64,000 nucleotides of DNA from an uncultured delta proteobacterium. GTDB lineage: Bacteria > Desulfobacterota > Desulfobacteria > Desulfobacterales > B30-G6. The translations under genes and the position numbers were made by a program. Of the stretch, positions 7,890 to 18,439 are shown in pieces. The notes below the pieces were generated by a model. It did no database searches, was not told the origin of the DNA, and worked only from the letters and a program-made list of their open reading frames with translations. The stretch is from assembly GCA_963823335.1 (NCBI GenBank), contig CAWGLD010000001.1, positions 1,632,001-1,696,000 on the forward strand, given 5' to 3'. Positions within the stretch are counted from its first letter, which is position 1. Every line of letters starts with the position of its first letter.

Positions 7890-9293
7890 ATGAAAACCAT
7901 CAAAAATGATCCGAAAACCTACGATGTCATCATTGTGGGTGGAGGACCGGCCGGCTTGTTTGCGGCATATTATCTGAGCGAACATTCCGATCTGGATGTG
8001 TTGCTCATCGAGAAGGGCAAAGGAATATCCCGTCGTAAATGCCCGATCAAAGAAGATCAGGGCTGTGTGAAATGCAAACCCTGCAATATCCTCTGCGGTG
8101 TCGGGGGAGCGGGTCTCTTTTCGGACGGCAAGTTGAACTACATCCATAAGCTGGGCAAGACCGACCTGACCCAGTTCATGCCCCAGCACAACGCCGAAGA
8201 TCTTATCGACGAGACCGAAAAAATATTCAACCGTTTTGGTATGGATGGCCCTGTCTACCCCACGGACATGGCCCAAGCCCGCAATATCCGTAAGCAGGCC
8301 AAACGATATGGCATCGATCTCATGATCATCAAGCAGAAACACCTGGGAAGTGACTGTCTGCCGGATCATATCGAAGGTCTTGCCAAGGAAATCAAATCAA
8401 AAGGCGTCCAGATACATACGTCCGAGGAGGTCAAAGACGTCGTCGTAAGAAATGGAGCGGTTGTGGGTGTTCTTACCAATTGCAAACGCTACAAGACCCG
8501 CAATGTCATCCTGGCGCCTGGTCGGGTGGGTGCGGAATGGGTTGGCCGCCTGGCCATGAAGCATGGTCTCGGACTGGCCCAGAGAGGTATCGAGGTAGGG
8601 GTTCGGGTGGAGGTTCACAACGACATCATGCAGGATCTGTGTGACATTATCTACGACCCGACGTTCTTTATCCAGACCGGAAAATATGACGATCAAACCC
8701 GGACATTTTGTACCAACGCAGGTGGATATGTGGCTTTGGAGAACTATACCGATTTTGTGTGTGTGAACGGCCATGCATATCTGAACCAAAAATCGCGCAA
8801 CACGAATTTTGCGTTTCTGTCCAAAGTGGTTCTCACGGAGCCAGTGACCGACAACCAGGCATACGGGGAAGCCATCGGCAGCCTGGCAAGCCTCATCGGT
8901 GGCGGTCGGCCCATTCTGCAGCGCTTCGGTGATCTGAAGCGGGGCCGACGGAGTACCTGGAACCGGGTTCAAAAAGGGTATATTGAACCGACCCTGAACA
9001 ATGTGGTGTGTGGGGATATCGCCATGGCCCTTCCAGAGAGGATTTTGACAAATATTATCGAAGGGCTCGACAAACTGAATTTCGTGGTGCCGGGTGTGTC
9101 CAACGATGAAACCCTGCTTTATGCACCGGAGATCAAATTTTTTGCCACCCAGGTAGAAACCGACAATCATCTGGAAACCAAAATAAAAGGTATGTATGTT
9201 GCCGGTGATGGTCCGGGTGTGGCCGGAAACATCGTGTCCGCCAGCGCTACCGGACTGATACCGGCCAAGGCGATTTTGGCCTCAAATCCCTGA
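7890..9293 (+). CDS. FAD/NAD(P)-dependent oxidoreductase
   Basis: GGGPAG, GVGGAGLFSDGKL, RTFC, VNGH, AGDG. Confidence 0.85.
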   Translation: MKTIKNDPKTYDVIIVGGGPAGLFAAYYLSEHSDLDVLLIEKGKGISRRKCPIKEDQGCVKCKPCNILCGVGGAGLFSDGKLNYIHKLGKTDLTQFMPQHNAEDLIDETEKIFNRFGMDGPVYPTDMAQARNIRKQAKRYGIDLMIIKQKHLGSDCLPDHIEGLAKEIKSKGVQIHTSEEVKDVVVRNGAVVGVLTNCKRYKTRNVILAPGRVGAEWVGRLAMKHGLGLAQRGIEVGVRVEVHNDIMQDLCDIIYDPTFFIQTGKYDDQTRTFCTNAGGYVALENYTDFVCVNGHAYLNQKSRNTNFAFLSKVVLTEPVTDNQAYGEAIGSLASLIGGGRPILQRFGDLKRGRRSTWNRVQKGYIEPTLNNVVCGDIAMALPERILTNIIEGLDKLNFVVPGVSNDETLLYAPEIKFFATQVETDNHLETKIKGMYVAGDGPGVAGNIVSASATGLIPAKAILASNP

Positions 9294-9894
9294 GAAAACT
9301 GTCCACAGCCTGGTTGTAGAGCTGGTAGAAATCATCCCCCGGCAATAGGATCTCTTTCATTTTTCTGAACTGGATGAGACCATGCAGCGTTGCCCAGAGG
9401 ATAACGGCATGGCGTCTGGGGTGGGTTGTATGAAAAACACCCTGCTGACGGCCGCTATCGATAGCCGTTACCAGAATATTCAGAACCTGATTGGCGTGTT
9501 TATCGATCTGCTGCTTGAGACCGGGCTCGAAAACAGTACCCGGAGAGGACAGAAAATAATTCAAAATATCAAAATAGTCTTTGCTCTCTTCACTGAAAGC
9601 CAGGTAGGCACGGGCAATCTTGCGCAGCCGTGTCAGGGGGTCTTCGGCCTCCTTGACTGTTTCCTGTATCACCTGGGAAAGAAGTTCAAGTCCCTCTTCC
9701 TGCAGGGCGATAAAAATATCTTCCTTGCTTCCAAAATAGGAATACAGGGTTCCGACGCCTAATTCGGCTGTCTGGGCAATCCGCTTTATGGAGGCCATGG
9801 ACATGCCGTGTTTGAACAAAACCCGTCTGGCTGCATCCATGATCTGAGCGTGCCGTTCGCGTATCTCCCGTTTTCTTCTTTCCTTCAATCCCAT
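9247..9894 (-). CDS. TetR/AcrR family regulator
   Basis: IAQTAELGVGTLYSYFGSKE HTH; 47-bp convergent overlap with the oxidoreductase. Confidence 0.9.
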   Translation of the reverse strand: MGLKERRKREIRERHAQIMDAARRVLFKHGMSMASIKRIAQTAELGVGTLYSYFGSKEDIFIALQEEGLELLSQVIQETVKEAEDPLTRLRKIARAYLAFSEESKDYFDILNYFLSSPGTVFEPGLKQQIDKHANQVLNILVTAIDSGRQQGVFHTTHPRRHAVILWATLHGLIQFRKMKEILLPGDDFYQLYNQAVDSFLRDLRPKSPWPVSVR

Positions 9895-9920
9895 GTTACG
9901 TATATAATAAGTCCTAAATA

Positions 9921-9962
9921 AGCGGCGTAGCCGCGTCCGATAAAATCACGCAGTGATTTTAT
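9921..9962. repeat. REP-like double hairpin
   Basis: GCGGC-GTA-GCCGC followed by ATAAAATCAC-GCA-GTGATTTTAT. Confidence 0.7.
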
Positions 9963-10867
9963 TCTGGAAGTGCAAAGCGCGTAAAGATAAAGGCCGTAAT
10001 GAGCCCGGCCACAATATGCCAGATGCCCCACCATCCCACCAGGATGGCCATACCTCCCAGACCTCCAAAAAAATTGAATACCAGCACCAGGCCCAGGGCC
10101 GAGTTTTGGATGCCTACTTCAATGGCCACGGCCCGTGAATCTCTTTCCGGCAGACGGAACAGCCGTGCCGACCAGTACCCGATATTCAATGCCAGAGCAT
10201 TGTGCAGCAGCACCACCAGGATGACCAGTCCGATGACGTCGAGAAAGATTTTCCAGTTGGCGGCCAGGGCGCCCAGGACGATCAGCATAAAGAAAACCAG
10301 CGTAAAAATTTTAAATGGCTTGCGAACCTTGTCGGCCAGGTTCGGGAAGATCCGGGACAGGAAGATCCCGATGGCAAGGGGGATGCCCAGGATGATAAAG
10401 ACGGTGAAGAAAACATCCATGGGGCTCAGACTCACTTTCTGGAGAATCGGTGCTGTATCCGGATTGAGACTGCCCCAGAGGGCCAGATTCAGGGGTGTCA
10501 TGACGATGGCCGCAAGGGTGGAAACAGCGGTCATGCTGATGGAAATGGCCGTGTTTCCTTTGGCCAGATAGGTCATCAGGTTCGACAGATTCCCACCCGG
10601 GCATGCCGCCACCAGGATCATTCCCAGGGCGATTGACGGCAGCGGCTTGATGATCAGGGTCAGCAGGAAGGTGAATGCCGGGAGCAGGATGAACTGAGCT
10701 ACCAGACCGATGGCCGGTGCCTTGGGTGCCTTGATGATTCGCCTGAAGTCTTCCAGTTTCAGATCGATGGCAACACCAAGCATCATCAGACCGATGGCTA
10801 TATTGATGACAAGCAATCCCTGGGCATTGAAATTGAGACGAATCTGATCGATGACGACGGGGTCCAT
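9959..10867 (-). CDS. Bile acid:sodium symporter (BASS) family transporter
   Basis: AQFILLP, ACPGGNLSN, IEVGIQNSALG. Confidence 0.92.
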   Translation of the reverse strand: MDPVVIDQIRLNFNAQGLLVINIAIGLMMLGVAIDLKLEDFRRIIKAPKAPAIGLVAQFILLPAFTFLLTLIIKPLPSIALGMILVAACPGGNLSNLMTYLAKGNTAISISMTAVSTLAAIVMTPLNLALWGSLNPDTAPILQKVSLSPMDVFFTVFIILGIPLAIGIFLSRIFPNLADKVRKPFKIFTLVFFMLIVLGALAANWKIFLDVIGLVILVVLLHNALALNIGYWSARLFRLPERDSRAVAIEVGIQNSALGLVLVFNFFGGLGGMAILVGWWGIWHIVAGLITAFIFTRFALPE

Positions 10868-10944
10868 AATTGTCTCTCCTAAATTGAATTTAAAGTTTTA
10901 TCAGCATGAGGGGAAATAAACATCATGCAGTGGAAGCAAATAAT

Positions 10945-11160
10945 AGGGTTGGAGGGTTTGAGGCTTGTAGGGTTCAAGTAAATAGCTGTGAGCCATAAGC
11001 ATTAAGCTGCTTAAGGCTTAGAGCTTATGGCTTAAATCTCCACCCTCCACACTTCCAACCCACTTTAACCTTTTAGGGGTTTAGACTATTAGGTACTCTC
11101 TGCCAACAGCCGTTAGCCACCCTCGAACCCTTGTACCCCCCTTGGACCCTCGGACCCTTT
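10945..11160. repeat. Nested octamer/heptamer inverted repeat tract
   Basis: AGGGTT-type octamers, then TAAGC heptamers, GCTTA heptamers and AACCCT-type octamers. Confidence 0.75.
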
Positions 11161-11163
11161 GTT

Positions 11164-12894
11164 TTACTCCATCTTCCCCGTCCGTGCCGCTGCCCAGAGC
11201 CAGTTGCCCGGTGGATCCACATTGGCTTCCGGGTCCACCACCGCATGAATGACTGCTGGTTTTCCCGACTGGACAGCACGTTCCAGGGCAGGACGAATTT
11301 CGGCAGCGGTTTCCACGTACTCTCCATGGCAGCCCATAGCGACGGCTACCTGGTCATAGCGGACCGGTGCATGATCATGACCGAACCAGTCAGCTTCCCG
11401 GCCGAATTGTCTCAGCTGGGCACTTTTTTCCATGCCATAAGCACCGTCCACAGCAACGATGATGATGACCGGCAGCTTGTTGCGTACGGCGGTTTCGAGT
11501 TCCTGTATATTGAATCCAAAGGCACTGTCACCGGTGACGCAGTAGACATGTCTGTCCGGGAAGGCCAGTTTGGCGCCTATGGCATAAGGTAGACCGGTTC
11601 CCAGATGACCGTAATTCATGGAATAGATCACCGAACGCTGCTTTCGGGCCAGGTGGTAGTGGATATCCCACAGGGTTGTGTTGCCGCCGTCCATGACAAA
11701 GATGGCATCCTCGTCAAAGAAGGTATTGCAGGCCGTCAGGATTTGGCCGGTCAGCATGGGTTTTTGGTGTGTATCGGCTACCAGAGTATCGAGTTCTTTC
11801 TGCCACTCATCCTGGATCATCCGCAACTCAGCAACTTTTTCGTGGGGCAGGCGTTTTGCGGTCAATGCTTTGACGGCTGCCACCAGTTGCGAGAGGATGC
11901 ATTTGGCATCGCCGATCAGGGGGATGTCCGTGGGCTTGTTGAGACCGATATGTGTTGGCTCGGTATCGATCTGGATGAGCTTTTGTTTGTCGGGTTCTCC
12001 GAACATGGGGGGCTTTCCCCACATGTTCAATTCGCCCAGGCGTGTTCCAACCGCCAGGACCAGATCGGCCTGAGCGTTGGCGAGGATACGAGACATGCAG
12101 GTGGGATGAAAACTGAGCGCATGCGTATCCGGTATGATACCCCTGGCCCGAATAGTCGCCGTGACCGGGCATCCCAGGTATTCCGCCAGCTCAAGAACTT
12201 CTTCTCCTGCGCCTGCGCGCTCGGCGCCGTTGCCGCAGTGGATGTTGACCAGCTCTGCATTTACCAGCATTTCTGCTGCCTGGCGAATCAGAACCGGATC
12301 GGCAGGGGTTGGGGATGTAACACGGTATTTTTCCGGGGGCCAGATACCGACCGTCGCTTGATCCCCTTTCTGGCTGATGATATCTTCGGGTATGAGCACA
12401 TGGGTCGGACCTGGTCGACCGGATGTCGCCATCCGGAAGGCATGGCGGATCATATCAGGAATCCGGGCCCAGTGATCGACCTTTCCATTCCATTTGACAG
12501 CCGGTTTGAATATGTCCAGGTGGTGGCTTACCTGCATGCCGCCCTGATGTACGTAGGAATCGGATATGTCGCTGCGGCGGGTGGTCGTAATGGCAACAAC
12601 CGGGCTTCCTTCGGCCTGGGCACACATGAGTCCTGCCAGAAGATTTGCGGCGCCGGGACCGGCACATGCCATAACCACGGCGGGTTTCCCGGTAACACGG
12701 GTGTAGGCGTCACAGGCATGGGCTGCGGCGGCTTCATGTCGGGGTACGATGAGTTTGATGCCCAGTTCTTCCCCCAGGCGTTCGATGGCTTCGATGACCA
12801 TCATGTAGGTTCCGTCGGTAATGGCATTGACATATCGGATACCTTCTGCATGAAGGCATCTCAGCAGCAGTTCTCCACCGGTAATTTCGGACAT
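11164..12894 (-). CDS. Thiamine diphosphate-dependent enzyme (2-hydroxyacyl-CoA lyase/acetolactate synthase superfamily)
   Basis: RHEAAA, AGPGAAN, SGRPGP, TGDSAFGFNIQELET. Confidence 0.9.
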   Translation of the reverse strand: MSEITGGELLLRCLHAEGIRYVNAITDGTYMMVIEAIERLGEELGIKLIVPRHEAAAAHACDAYTRVTGKPAVVMACAGPGAANLLAGLMCAQAEGSPVVAITTTRRSDISDSYVHQGGMQVSHHLDIFKPAVKWNGKVDHWARIPDMIRHAFRMATSGRPGPTHVLIPEDIISQKGDQATVGIWPPEKYRVTSPTPADPVLIRQAAEMLVNAELVNIHCGNGAERAGAGEEVLELAEYLGCPVTATIRARGIIPDTHALSFHPTCMSRILANAQADLVLAVGTRLGELNMWGKPPMFGEPDKQKLIQIDTEPTHIGLNKPTDIPLIGDAKCILSQLVAAVKALTAKRLPHEKVAELRMIQDEWQKELDTLVADTHQKPMLTGQILTACNTFFDEDAIFVMDGGNTTLWDIHYHLARKQRSVIYSMNYGHLGTGLPYAIGAKLAFPDRHVYCVTGDSAFGFNIQELETAVRNKLPVIIIVAVDGAYGMEKSAQLRQFGREADWFGHDHAPVRYDQVAVAMGCHGEYVETAAEIRPALERAVQSGKPAVIHAVVDPEANVDPPGNWLWAAARTGKME

Positions 12895-12983
12895 TGGTTT
12901 CTCCTCTTTGGTTTGTGGATGTATATCATTTTGAAGCTGGTGTTCAAATCATCACATGGCGCTGGTAATGCGTATCATTTTAA

Positions 12984-13088
12984 GAGCTGTAAGCAATAAG
13001 CTGCAAAAAGGGTAGGGTCACCATGGGATCGTTGTACTGAAACCCGTTAACAGCTTATGGCTTACCGCTTATTGCTAAGCGCTAAAAG
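12984..13088. repeat. Heptamer inverted repeat tract
   Basis: agctgtaagcaataagctg ... cagcttatggcttaccgcttattgctaagcgcta. Confidence 0.7.
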
Positions 13089-13089
13089 T

Positions 13090-13923
13090 CTATAGCTCCA
13101 TGGTCTGTCCCCCTGTGATGTTGAGGGCCTGACCGGTCATGTAACTTGATTCACCCGAAGCCAGGAATGCCACTGTGTTGGCCACTTCATCAGCTGTACC
13201 GAGCCTTCCCAGGGGAATTTCCTTGCATTTCTCGGCGATGCGTTCTTCTGCTGTGGCATTGAAAAACTGGGCCTCCAGGTCAAAGCGCCACTGAGTGAAG
13301 TCGGTCATGATAACGCCCGGGCAAACAGCATTGACACGGATACCGCTTCCGGCCAACTCCAGGGCCATGACTTTTGTCATCATGAGAACGCCTGCCTTGG
13401 CTGCCGCATAGGACCCGTTGAACAGGGGCGGCTTTTTTGCAGCCTGGGAGGCGGCGTTGATGATGCTGCCACCGTTTTTTAGCATCAACGGCACTACGGC
13501 TTTGGACACGCGGAAAACACCGTGGAGGTTGACATCGATGGTTTTCATCCAGGCGTCGTCGTCATAAGTGTGTATGGTGTTGGGGACGCCGAATACCGTA
13601 CCGGCATTGTTACAGAGAATATGGATGCTGCTGAATTCTTCTGCAAGCACAGCGGCCATGTTCTGCACGGACTCAGAACTGGTGACATCGAGATCCAGGG
13701 CTATTGTCCGGACTTTGAAGGTTTCACCCAGGTCTTTTGCCAGCCTTGCGAGCTGTGCTTTGTTGCTGGTGAGGAGGGGGTCGTTTTCTTGTGCCTTGGC
13801 CAGATCAGCCAGGGCAACGTTGGCACCGCAGGCCGCCAGTTTTCTGGCAATAGCGTACCCGATGCCTGTTTTTTTGCCTGCCCCGGTGATGAGGGCATTC
13901 TTACCTTTCAAATCCTTGTACAC
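13090..13923 (-). CDS. SDR family oxidoreductase
   Basis: TGAGKKTGIG, NNAG, YAAAK, VNAVCPG. Confidence 0.93.
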   Translation of the reverse strand: MYKDLKGKNALITGAGKKTGIGYAIARKLAACGANVALADLAKAQENDPLLTSNKAQLARLAKDLGETFKVRTIALDLDVTSSESVQNMAAVLAEEFSSIHILCNNAGTVFGVPNTIHTYDDDAWMKTIDVNLHGVFRVSKAVVPLMLKNGGSIINAASQAAKKPPLFNGSYAAAKAGVLMMTKVMALELAGSGIRVNAVCPGVIMTDFTQWRFDLEAQFFNATAEERIAEKCKEIPLGRLGTADEVANTVAFLASGESSYMTGQALNITGGQTMEL

Positions 13924-14033
13924 GGGTTCCCCCTTTACAGTTCAGGGTCAAAATGATAGACGGGAAAGATGATCGAACGAGGTTCGATAACTGAATATAA
14001 ATTGGATATCGAACGATAGTCAAGATCAAATCG

Positions 14034-14654
14034 TTAAAGGATAAGGACGTCGACCTTGCCGGCCAGTTTGTCTCTGAAATGGGTTGCATCGGATTGATCG
14101 CCGACAATGGCACCATAATGCATGGGGATGGCGAGCGTGGGCTTGATGGCCAGGGCTGCCTCAACCGCTTCATCAGCGTTCATGACATAGGTTCCGGACA
14201 CAGGCAGGAGAGCGATGTCGACCTTTAGATCCTTCATCTCCGGGATGAAATCACTGTCACCGGCGTGATAGATTCTGACCCCGTCGATATCCAGGATAAA
14301 GCCAAGCCATCTGTTTGCTTTGGGATGGAAATCCTTGTTGGTGTTGTAAGCGGGTACGGTCTCCACGGTCAGTCCATCCAGAGACAGGTGTTCTCCCGGC
14401 GTCATCACCCGCACATCTCCGGACAGTTTTTTTGCAGAATCCTTTTCGGTAATGATGACGGTTCCGGGCTGTTGTATCTTGGTGACATCTTCGGGAGAAC
14501 AATGGTCGAAATGCTCATGGGTTATCAGAATGAGGTCTGCAGGTTTACCCCCATCGATCTGGTAGGGGTCGATATAGATGCATATCGATGCGTCGATTCT
14601 GAAGCTGTCGTGACCCAGCCAAACAATGTTATGTTTCATCTTCTGGATATTCAT
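14034..14654 (-). CDS. MBL-fold metallo-hydrolase
   Basis: WLGH, THEHFDH, YHAGD, IPMHY. Confidence 0.92.
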   Translation of the reverse strand: MNIQKMKHNIVWLGHDSFRIDASICIYIDPYQIDGGKPADLILITHEHFDHCSPEDVTKIQQPGTVIITEKDSAKKLSGDVRVMTPGEHLSLDGLTVETVPAYNTNKDFHPKANRWLGFILDIDGVRIYHAGDSDFIPEMKDLKVDIALLPVSGTYVMNADEAVEAALAIKPTLAIPMHYGAIVGDQSDATHFRDKLAGKVDVLIL

Positions 14655-14670
14655 TCTTTACCTCCTTGTG

Positions 14671-15663
14671 TTAAAGTCCTAACGCCGGTGTCCAGACATA
14701 GTAGAACCCGGGTGAGAGGTGGGTTGCTGTGTTCTGGAACCCCAGGTCGAGTAAAGGCTTTGCCTGAATATTGGCACGGGTGGTCAAGGGATTGTAGAGA
14801 TTGTCATTCGGAAACTGGGTCCGTCGATAGACCACGATTTTTGCTTTTTCAGGGAGTCCCGAAATTTTCAGGGCTTCTGCTACGGCATCATCCAGATATC
14901 CGATTTTATCGATGAGTCCCAGGGCCTTGGCCTCGACCGGCAGATAGACCCTTGCTGTGGATATCGTGGACAGAAGGGTCTCTTCCAGACCGCGATGCTT
15001 TGCCACGAGCTTCAGAAATTGATCTGCAAGACCGTCGGTCAAATCCTGCAACATCTGCGTTTCTTCTGCTGTCGGCCGGCGGAATGGTGAGCCCATATCC
15101 TTGTTTTTACCTGACTTGTTGACGTCCATGGTAAAACCGAGTTTGTCGATGAGTCCTGTGACATTGGGCCGCATGAATACCACGCCGATGGAGCCGGTGA
15201 TGGTTGTCGGATGGGCAAAGATTACATCTGCCGGAAGGGATACATAATAACCGCCTGAGGCGGCGATATCCATCATAGATACCACGATTTTGGCTTGGGT
15301 GCGCTCTTTGAAGACCCGGATTTCATTGTAGAGGATATCACTGGCGGTGGCTGTTCCGCCGGGGGAGTCCACTTTCAGGAGAAGACATTTTATTTCTTTA
15401 TCTTTTTCAGCCATGCGCAGTTGAGAAATAACCTCCTGAACCATACTCGGCATTGTTCGCAGCATACCTTCCCGGGGACGGGTGGAAATGACCCCCTGCA
15501 GGGATACAACCAGTACCTTCCCTTTTTCCGTTCCCTGCAATACCGATTCCTTGAGTGGATCCGAGGCATCAGAAAACAGCTTTACCTGCGGTGCGGCACA
15601 TCCACCTATGATTAGGATAAGGAAGCTTGTCAGTATCAGGATAATAAACCCTATTCGATTCAT
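14671..15663 (-). CDS. sppA: Signal peptide peptidase SppA (S49), probable lipoprotein
   Basis: DSPGG, AASGGYY, TGSIGV, KSGKNKD. Confidence 0.92.
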   Translation of the reverse strand: MNRIGFIILILTSFLILIIGGCAAPQVKLFSDASDPLKESVLQGTEKGKVLVVSLQGVISTRPREGMLRTMPSMVQEVISQLRMAEKDKEIKCLLLKVDSPGGTATASDILYNEIRVFKERTQAKIVVSMMDIAASGGYYVSLPADVIFAHPTTITGSIGVVFMRPNVTGLIDKLGFTMDVNKSGKNKDMGSPFRRPTAEETQMLQDLTDGLADQFLKLVAKHRGLEETLLSTISTARVYLPVEAKALGLIDKIGYLDDAVAEALKISGLPEKAKIVVYRRTQFPNDNLYNPLTTRANIQAKPLLDLGFQNTATHLSPGFYYVWTPALGL

Positions 15664-15787
15664 CTGTTTCCTCCGGTTATTTATGGTTGTAGATGTTCAT
15701 GGTTAACCCGTTTGGTAGACATGCCGACGAACAATGACGGCAATTTTACTAAATTGCTTTTCTCCTGTCAAAGTATTCCGCCAAACG

Positions 15788-16681
15788 CTATGGTCGTCGC
15801 CATAAAGATGTTCCGATATTGGTCAAATATACACCCAGACTGACCATGGCGGCCCCTGCCAGAAGGGAGATGGTAATGGGCTCGTCCAGAAACAGGAAGG
15901 CCAGAATGATGGCACTGATGGGAACAAAATTGATGAACAGGCTGGCCTTGGAAGGCCCCAGTTTGTTGATACCCTCATAATACCACACAAAACCCAGGAC
16001 CGTGCCGAAGAAGCCCAGATAGAAAAGGCTGAACCAGTTTGCCGGGGTGTAATCGAAGATATTCGTGGACACGCCTTCGGCCAAGGCGGCCGGAAACAGC
16101 AATATGGCGCCAATGACCGAGGCATAAGTAACTGCTTCAATCGCAGAAACATCCTGCATGACGCGTTTGCCGATCAAAGAATAGGTCACCCAGCTCAGGA
16201 CGGATAAAAAGATAAAAAGTTCACCAAGTCCAAAACTCTCCGTCAGCATGCCCTGGAGATTTCCTCGGGATATGGCAACCATGGCACCGCTTACAGATAT
16301 CAGTATGCCGACGATTTTGACGGTATTTAATTTTTCTTTAAACAGGAAAAATGAGGCGATGGTAATGAAAATTGGGTTGTTTGCAATAATGAGAGATGCC
16401 CTGCCTGCATGGATGAGATGCAGTCCTTTAAAGAAGAACACGTTATAGGAAAAGACCCCCGTGAGACCGAGCAGCAGCAGATAGAACATTTTTTCCTTTT
16501 GTATTGGACGGAAGCGGCCTTGCATTCGATAGGTCATAAACAAGAGCGGGATCGCAGCGATGGCAAACCGCAGAAAGGCGGCGGAAAAAGGCGCCACATT
16601 GTCTGACAGCGCCCTCCCGGCAATGAAGGTTCCCCCCCAGAATATGGCTGTCAGGAGCAGCTTGAAATGGATGAGTTTCAT
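15788..16681 (-). CDS. DMT/EamA family transporter
   Basis: About 10 TM segments; FWGGTF, FLRF; two EamA repeats. Confidence 0.9.
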   Translation of the reverse strand: MKLIHFKLLLTAIFWGGTFIAGRALSDNVAPFSAAFLRFAIAAIPLLFMTYRMQGRFRPIQKEKMFYLLLLGLTGVFSYNVFFFKGLHLIHAGRASLIIANNPIFITIASFFLFKEKLNTVKIVGILISVSGAMVAISRGNLQGMLTESFGLGELFIFLSVLSWVTYSLIGKRVMQDVSAIEAVTYASVIGAILLFPAALAEGVSTNIFDYTPANWFSLFYLGFFGTVLGFVWYYEGINKLGPSKASLFINFVPISAIILAFLFLDEPITISLLAGAAMVSLGVYLTNIGTSLWRRP

Positions 16682-17280
16682 ATGGAAGCCATCAGTGTCG
16701 AGGCCAGAATGTCGGTATGGCCTGAAAAAAAATGATCGGCACCCGCTATGATTTCAAATCGTGATGTCGGATTCCAGGAGGGCAGGCGTTCCTGGATCAT
16801 GTGAGCCGGTGCAATGTCGTCCCTGGAGCCGGTGACCACCAGTGTCAGATTGGCAATCTCTTGTATGGGTCCGAAATCGATAAATGCTAGCGGGGGGGCC
16901 ACCATGATCATTTCGCTCACGGGTGCATCGCCCGGATGGATTTGGGCATTTACCCATGCGCCGAAGGAATAGCCTGCCAGGCATATTTTCTTAATGTCGA
17001 TTTGCGCAAGATAGGCCAATGCCTGGCAGGTGTCCCTTTTTTCTCCGATGCCTTTATCATGCGTCCCCTGGCTGCTGCCGACGCCCCTGAAATCGAAGCG
17101 CAATGTCGTATATCCCTGATTTTGAAATGCCCGGGTGATGGTTTCCACTACCGGATTGTACATGTTACCACCATACAGTGGATGGGGATGTGTCACGACA
17201 ACACCCTTTGCTCCGGCTCGATGCAGGAGCCCCTGTAATTGAGATCCATCAGAGTTGAACGAGATGTTTTCTTCCTTCAT
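16678..17280 (-). CDS. Alpha/beta hydrolase
   Basis: HPHPLYGG, FDFRGVG, GYSFG, GADHFF. Confidence 0.92.
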   Translation of the reverse strand: MKEENISFNSDGSQLQGLLHRAGAKGVVVTHPHPLYGGNMYNPVVETITRAFQNQGYTTLRFDFRGVGSSQGTHDKGIGEKRDTCQALAYLAQIDIKKICLAGYSFGAWVNAQIHPGDAPVSEMIMVAPPLAFIDFGPIQEIANLTLVVTGSRDDIAPAHMIQERLPSWNPTSRFEIIAGADHFFSGHTDILASTLMASI

Positions 17281-18377
17281 CCAGCACCTTTCAACCGGCT
17301 TTTGGGGTTGTTGCTTTTAGAATCCTTATCCGCAGGATAGGTTCCGAGATTCTTCATGGAAATTGTAAGCTTCTCCATTCTATCCAGAACATCCATGATC
17401 TTTTCATCAGAACCCGAGCCTTCAAAATCAAGAAAAAAACTGTAATTACTCGGTTCCGAGCGTAAGGGCATGGACGCAATTCTTGTCAGGTTGATATCGG
17501 TTTCTGCGAAGAGACGCAGGACGCCGTAAAGACTGCCGGCCGTGTGGGATGTGGCAAAGATAATCGAGGTCTTGTTACCGCCGCCGACGTTTGCCTCTTT
17601 GGACAAAAGAAGGAACCGGGTTGAATTGGAAGGCCCGTCTTCAATTTTTTCTTTGACAATTTCGAGGTTATAGAGCTCCGCGCTCAAGGCACTGGCGATG
17701 GCCGCCGCCGCTTTTATATTTTCTCGGGCAAGCATTTTTGCCGCGCCTGCCGTGTCATAAAAAGGTCTTGGTTCGAGTTTGTTGCGGGTGAGAAATCCCC
17801 GGCACTGTGCCAGCGCCTGGGGATGTGAATAGACCATCCGAATTTCCCGGTAATCCGTATCCTCGGTTGCCAGAAGGCAATGGTTCACTGGTACCTTGGC
17901 TTCGCCGATAACCTTCAGGCGGGTAGTGGTCAGCAGTTCATTGACCTGTGTTACGGCGCCTTCCAGGGAGTTTTCCACGGGCACCACACCCAGATCGAGA
18001 AAACCTTCTTCGACACCGTGAAAGACGTCCGCAAATTCCATGCAGGGAATGTAAGCACCTCCTGGAACTAACCGACGGGCGGCCACCTCGCCGTAGGCCC
18101 CGTGTTCGCCTTGAAATGCCACCAGGAGACGCGCCTCCTTCTGGAGGCGTTTGCTTTCCGTGATAATGGTCTGCAGCAGTTGCTTTGAGAAAGATCCTTC
18201 GATGAGATCCAGTTTCATGCGCCCGATCTTGTCGAGGATGCTTTTTTCCCTTTGCGGATCACTGATGGTGTCTTTGAACTTGTTGGAGCGCAATGCCAGT
18301 CCCATTCTCTCTTGGAGAATGACCAGAAGTTCCCTGTCAATTTTATCGATCCGGCTGCGAATTTCTTCCAGTTTCAT
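17277..18377 (-). CDS. pheA: Chorismate mutase/prephenate dehydratase
   Basis: N-terminal CM domain (IRSRIDKID), [23 protein letters not shown] domain. Confidence 0.95.
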   Translation of the reverse strand: MKLEEIRSRIDKIDRELLVILQERMGLALRSNKFKDTISDPQREKSILDKIGRMKLDLIEGSFSKQLLQTIITESKRLQKEARLLVAFQGEHGAYGEVAARRLVPGGAYIPCMEFADVFHGVEEGFLDLGVVPVENSLEGAVTQVNELLTTTRLKVIGEAKVPVNHCLLATEDTDYREIRMVYSHPQALAQCRGFLTRNKLEPRPFYDTAGAAKMLARENIKAAAAIASALSAELYNLEIVKEKIEDGPSNSTRFLLLSKEANVGGGNKTSIIFATSHTAGSLYGVLRLFAETDINLTRIASMPLRSEPSNYSFFLDFEGSGSDEKIMDVLDRMEKLTISMKNLGTYPADKDSKSNNPKSRLKGAG

Positions 18378-18439
18378 GTTTCACCTCGGTGTTGGTATGT
18401 GTTGATAATGATATAACCCGGAGTCCCATTGAATGCTTT

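Noticed and set aside
10945-11160. Possible CRISPR array in the repeat tracts
   Set aside because: Units are 7-9 bp and degenerate, there are no unique spacers of regular length, and no cas genes are present
11605-12999. Long antisense ORFs (464 aa here; also 54560-56005, 53510-54412, 45128-45979 and others)
   Set aside because: They are shadows of well-supported genes on the opposite strand and have no motifs of their own
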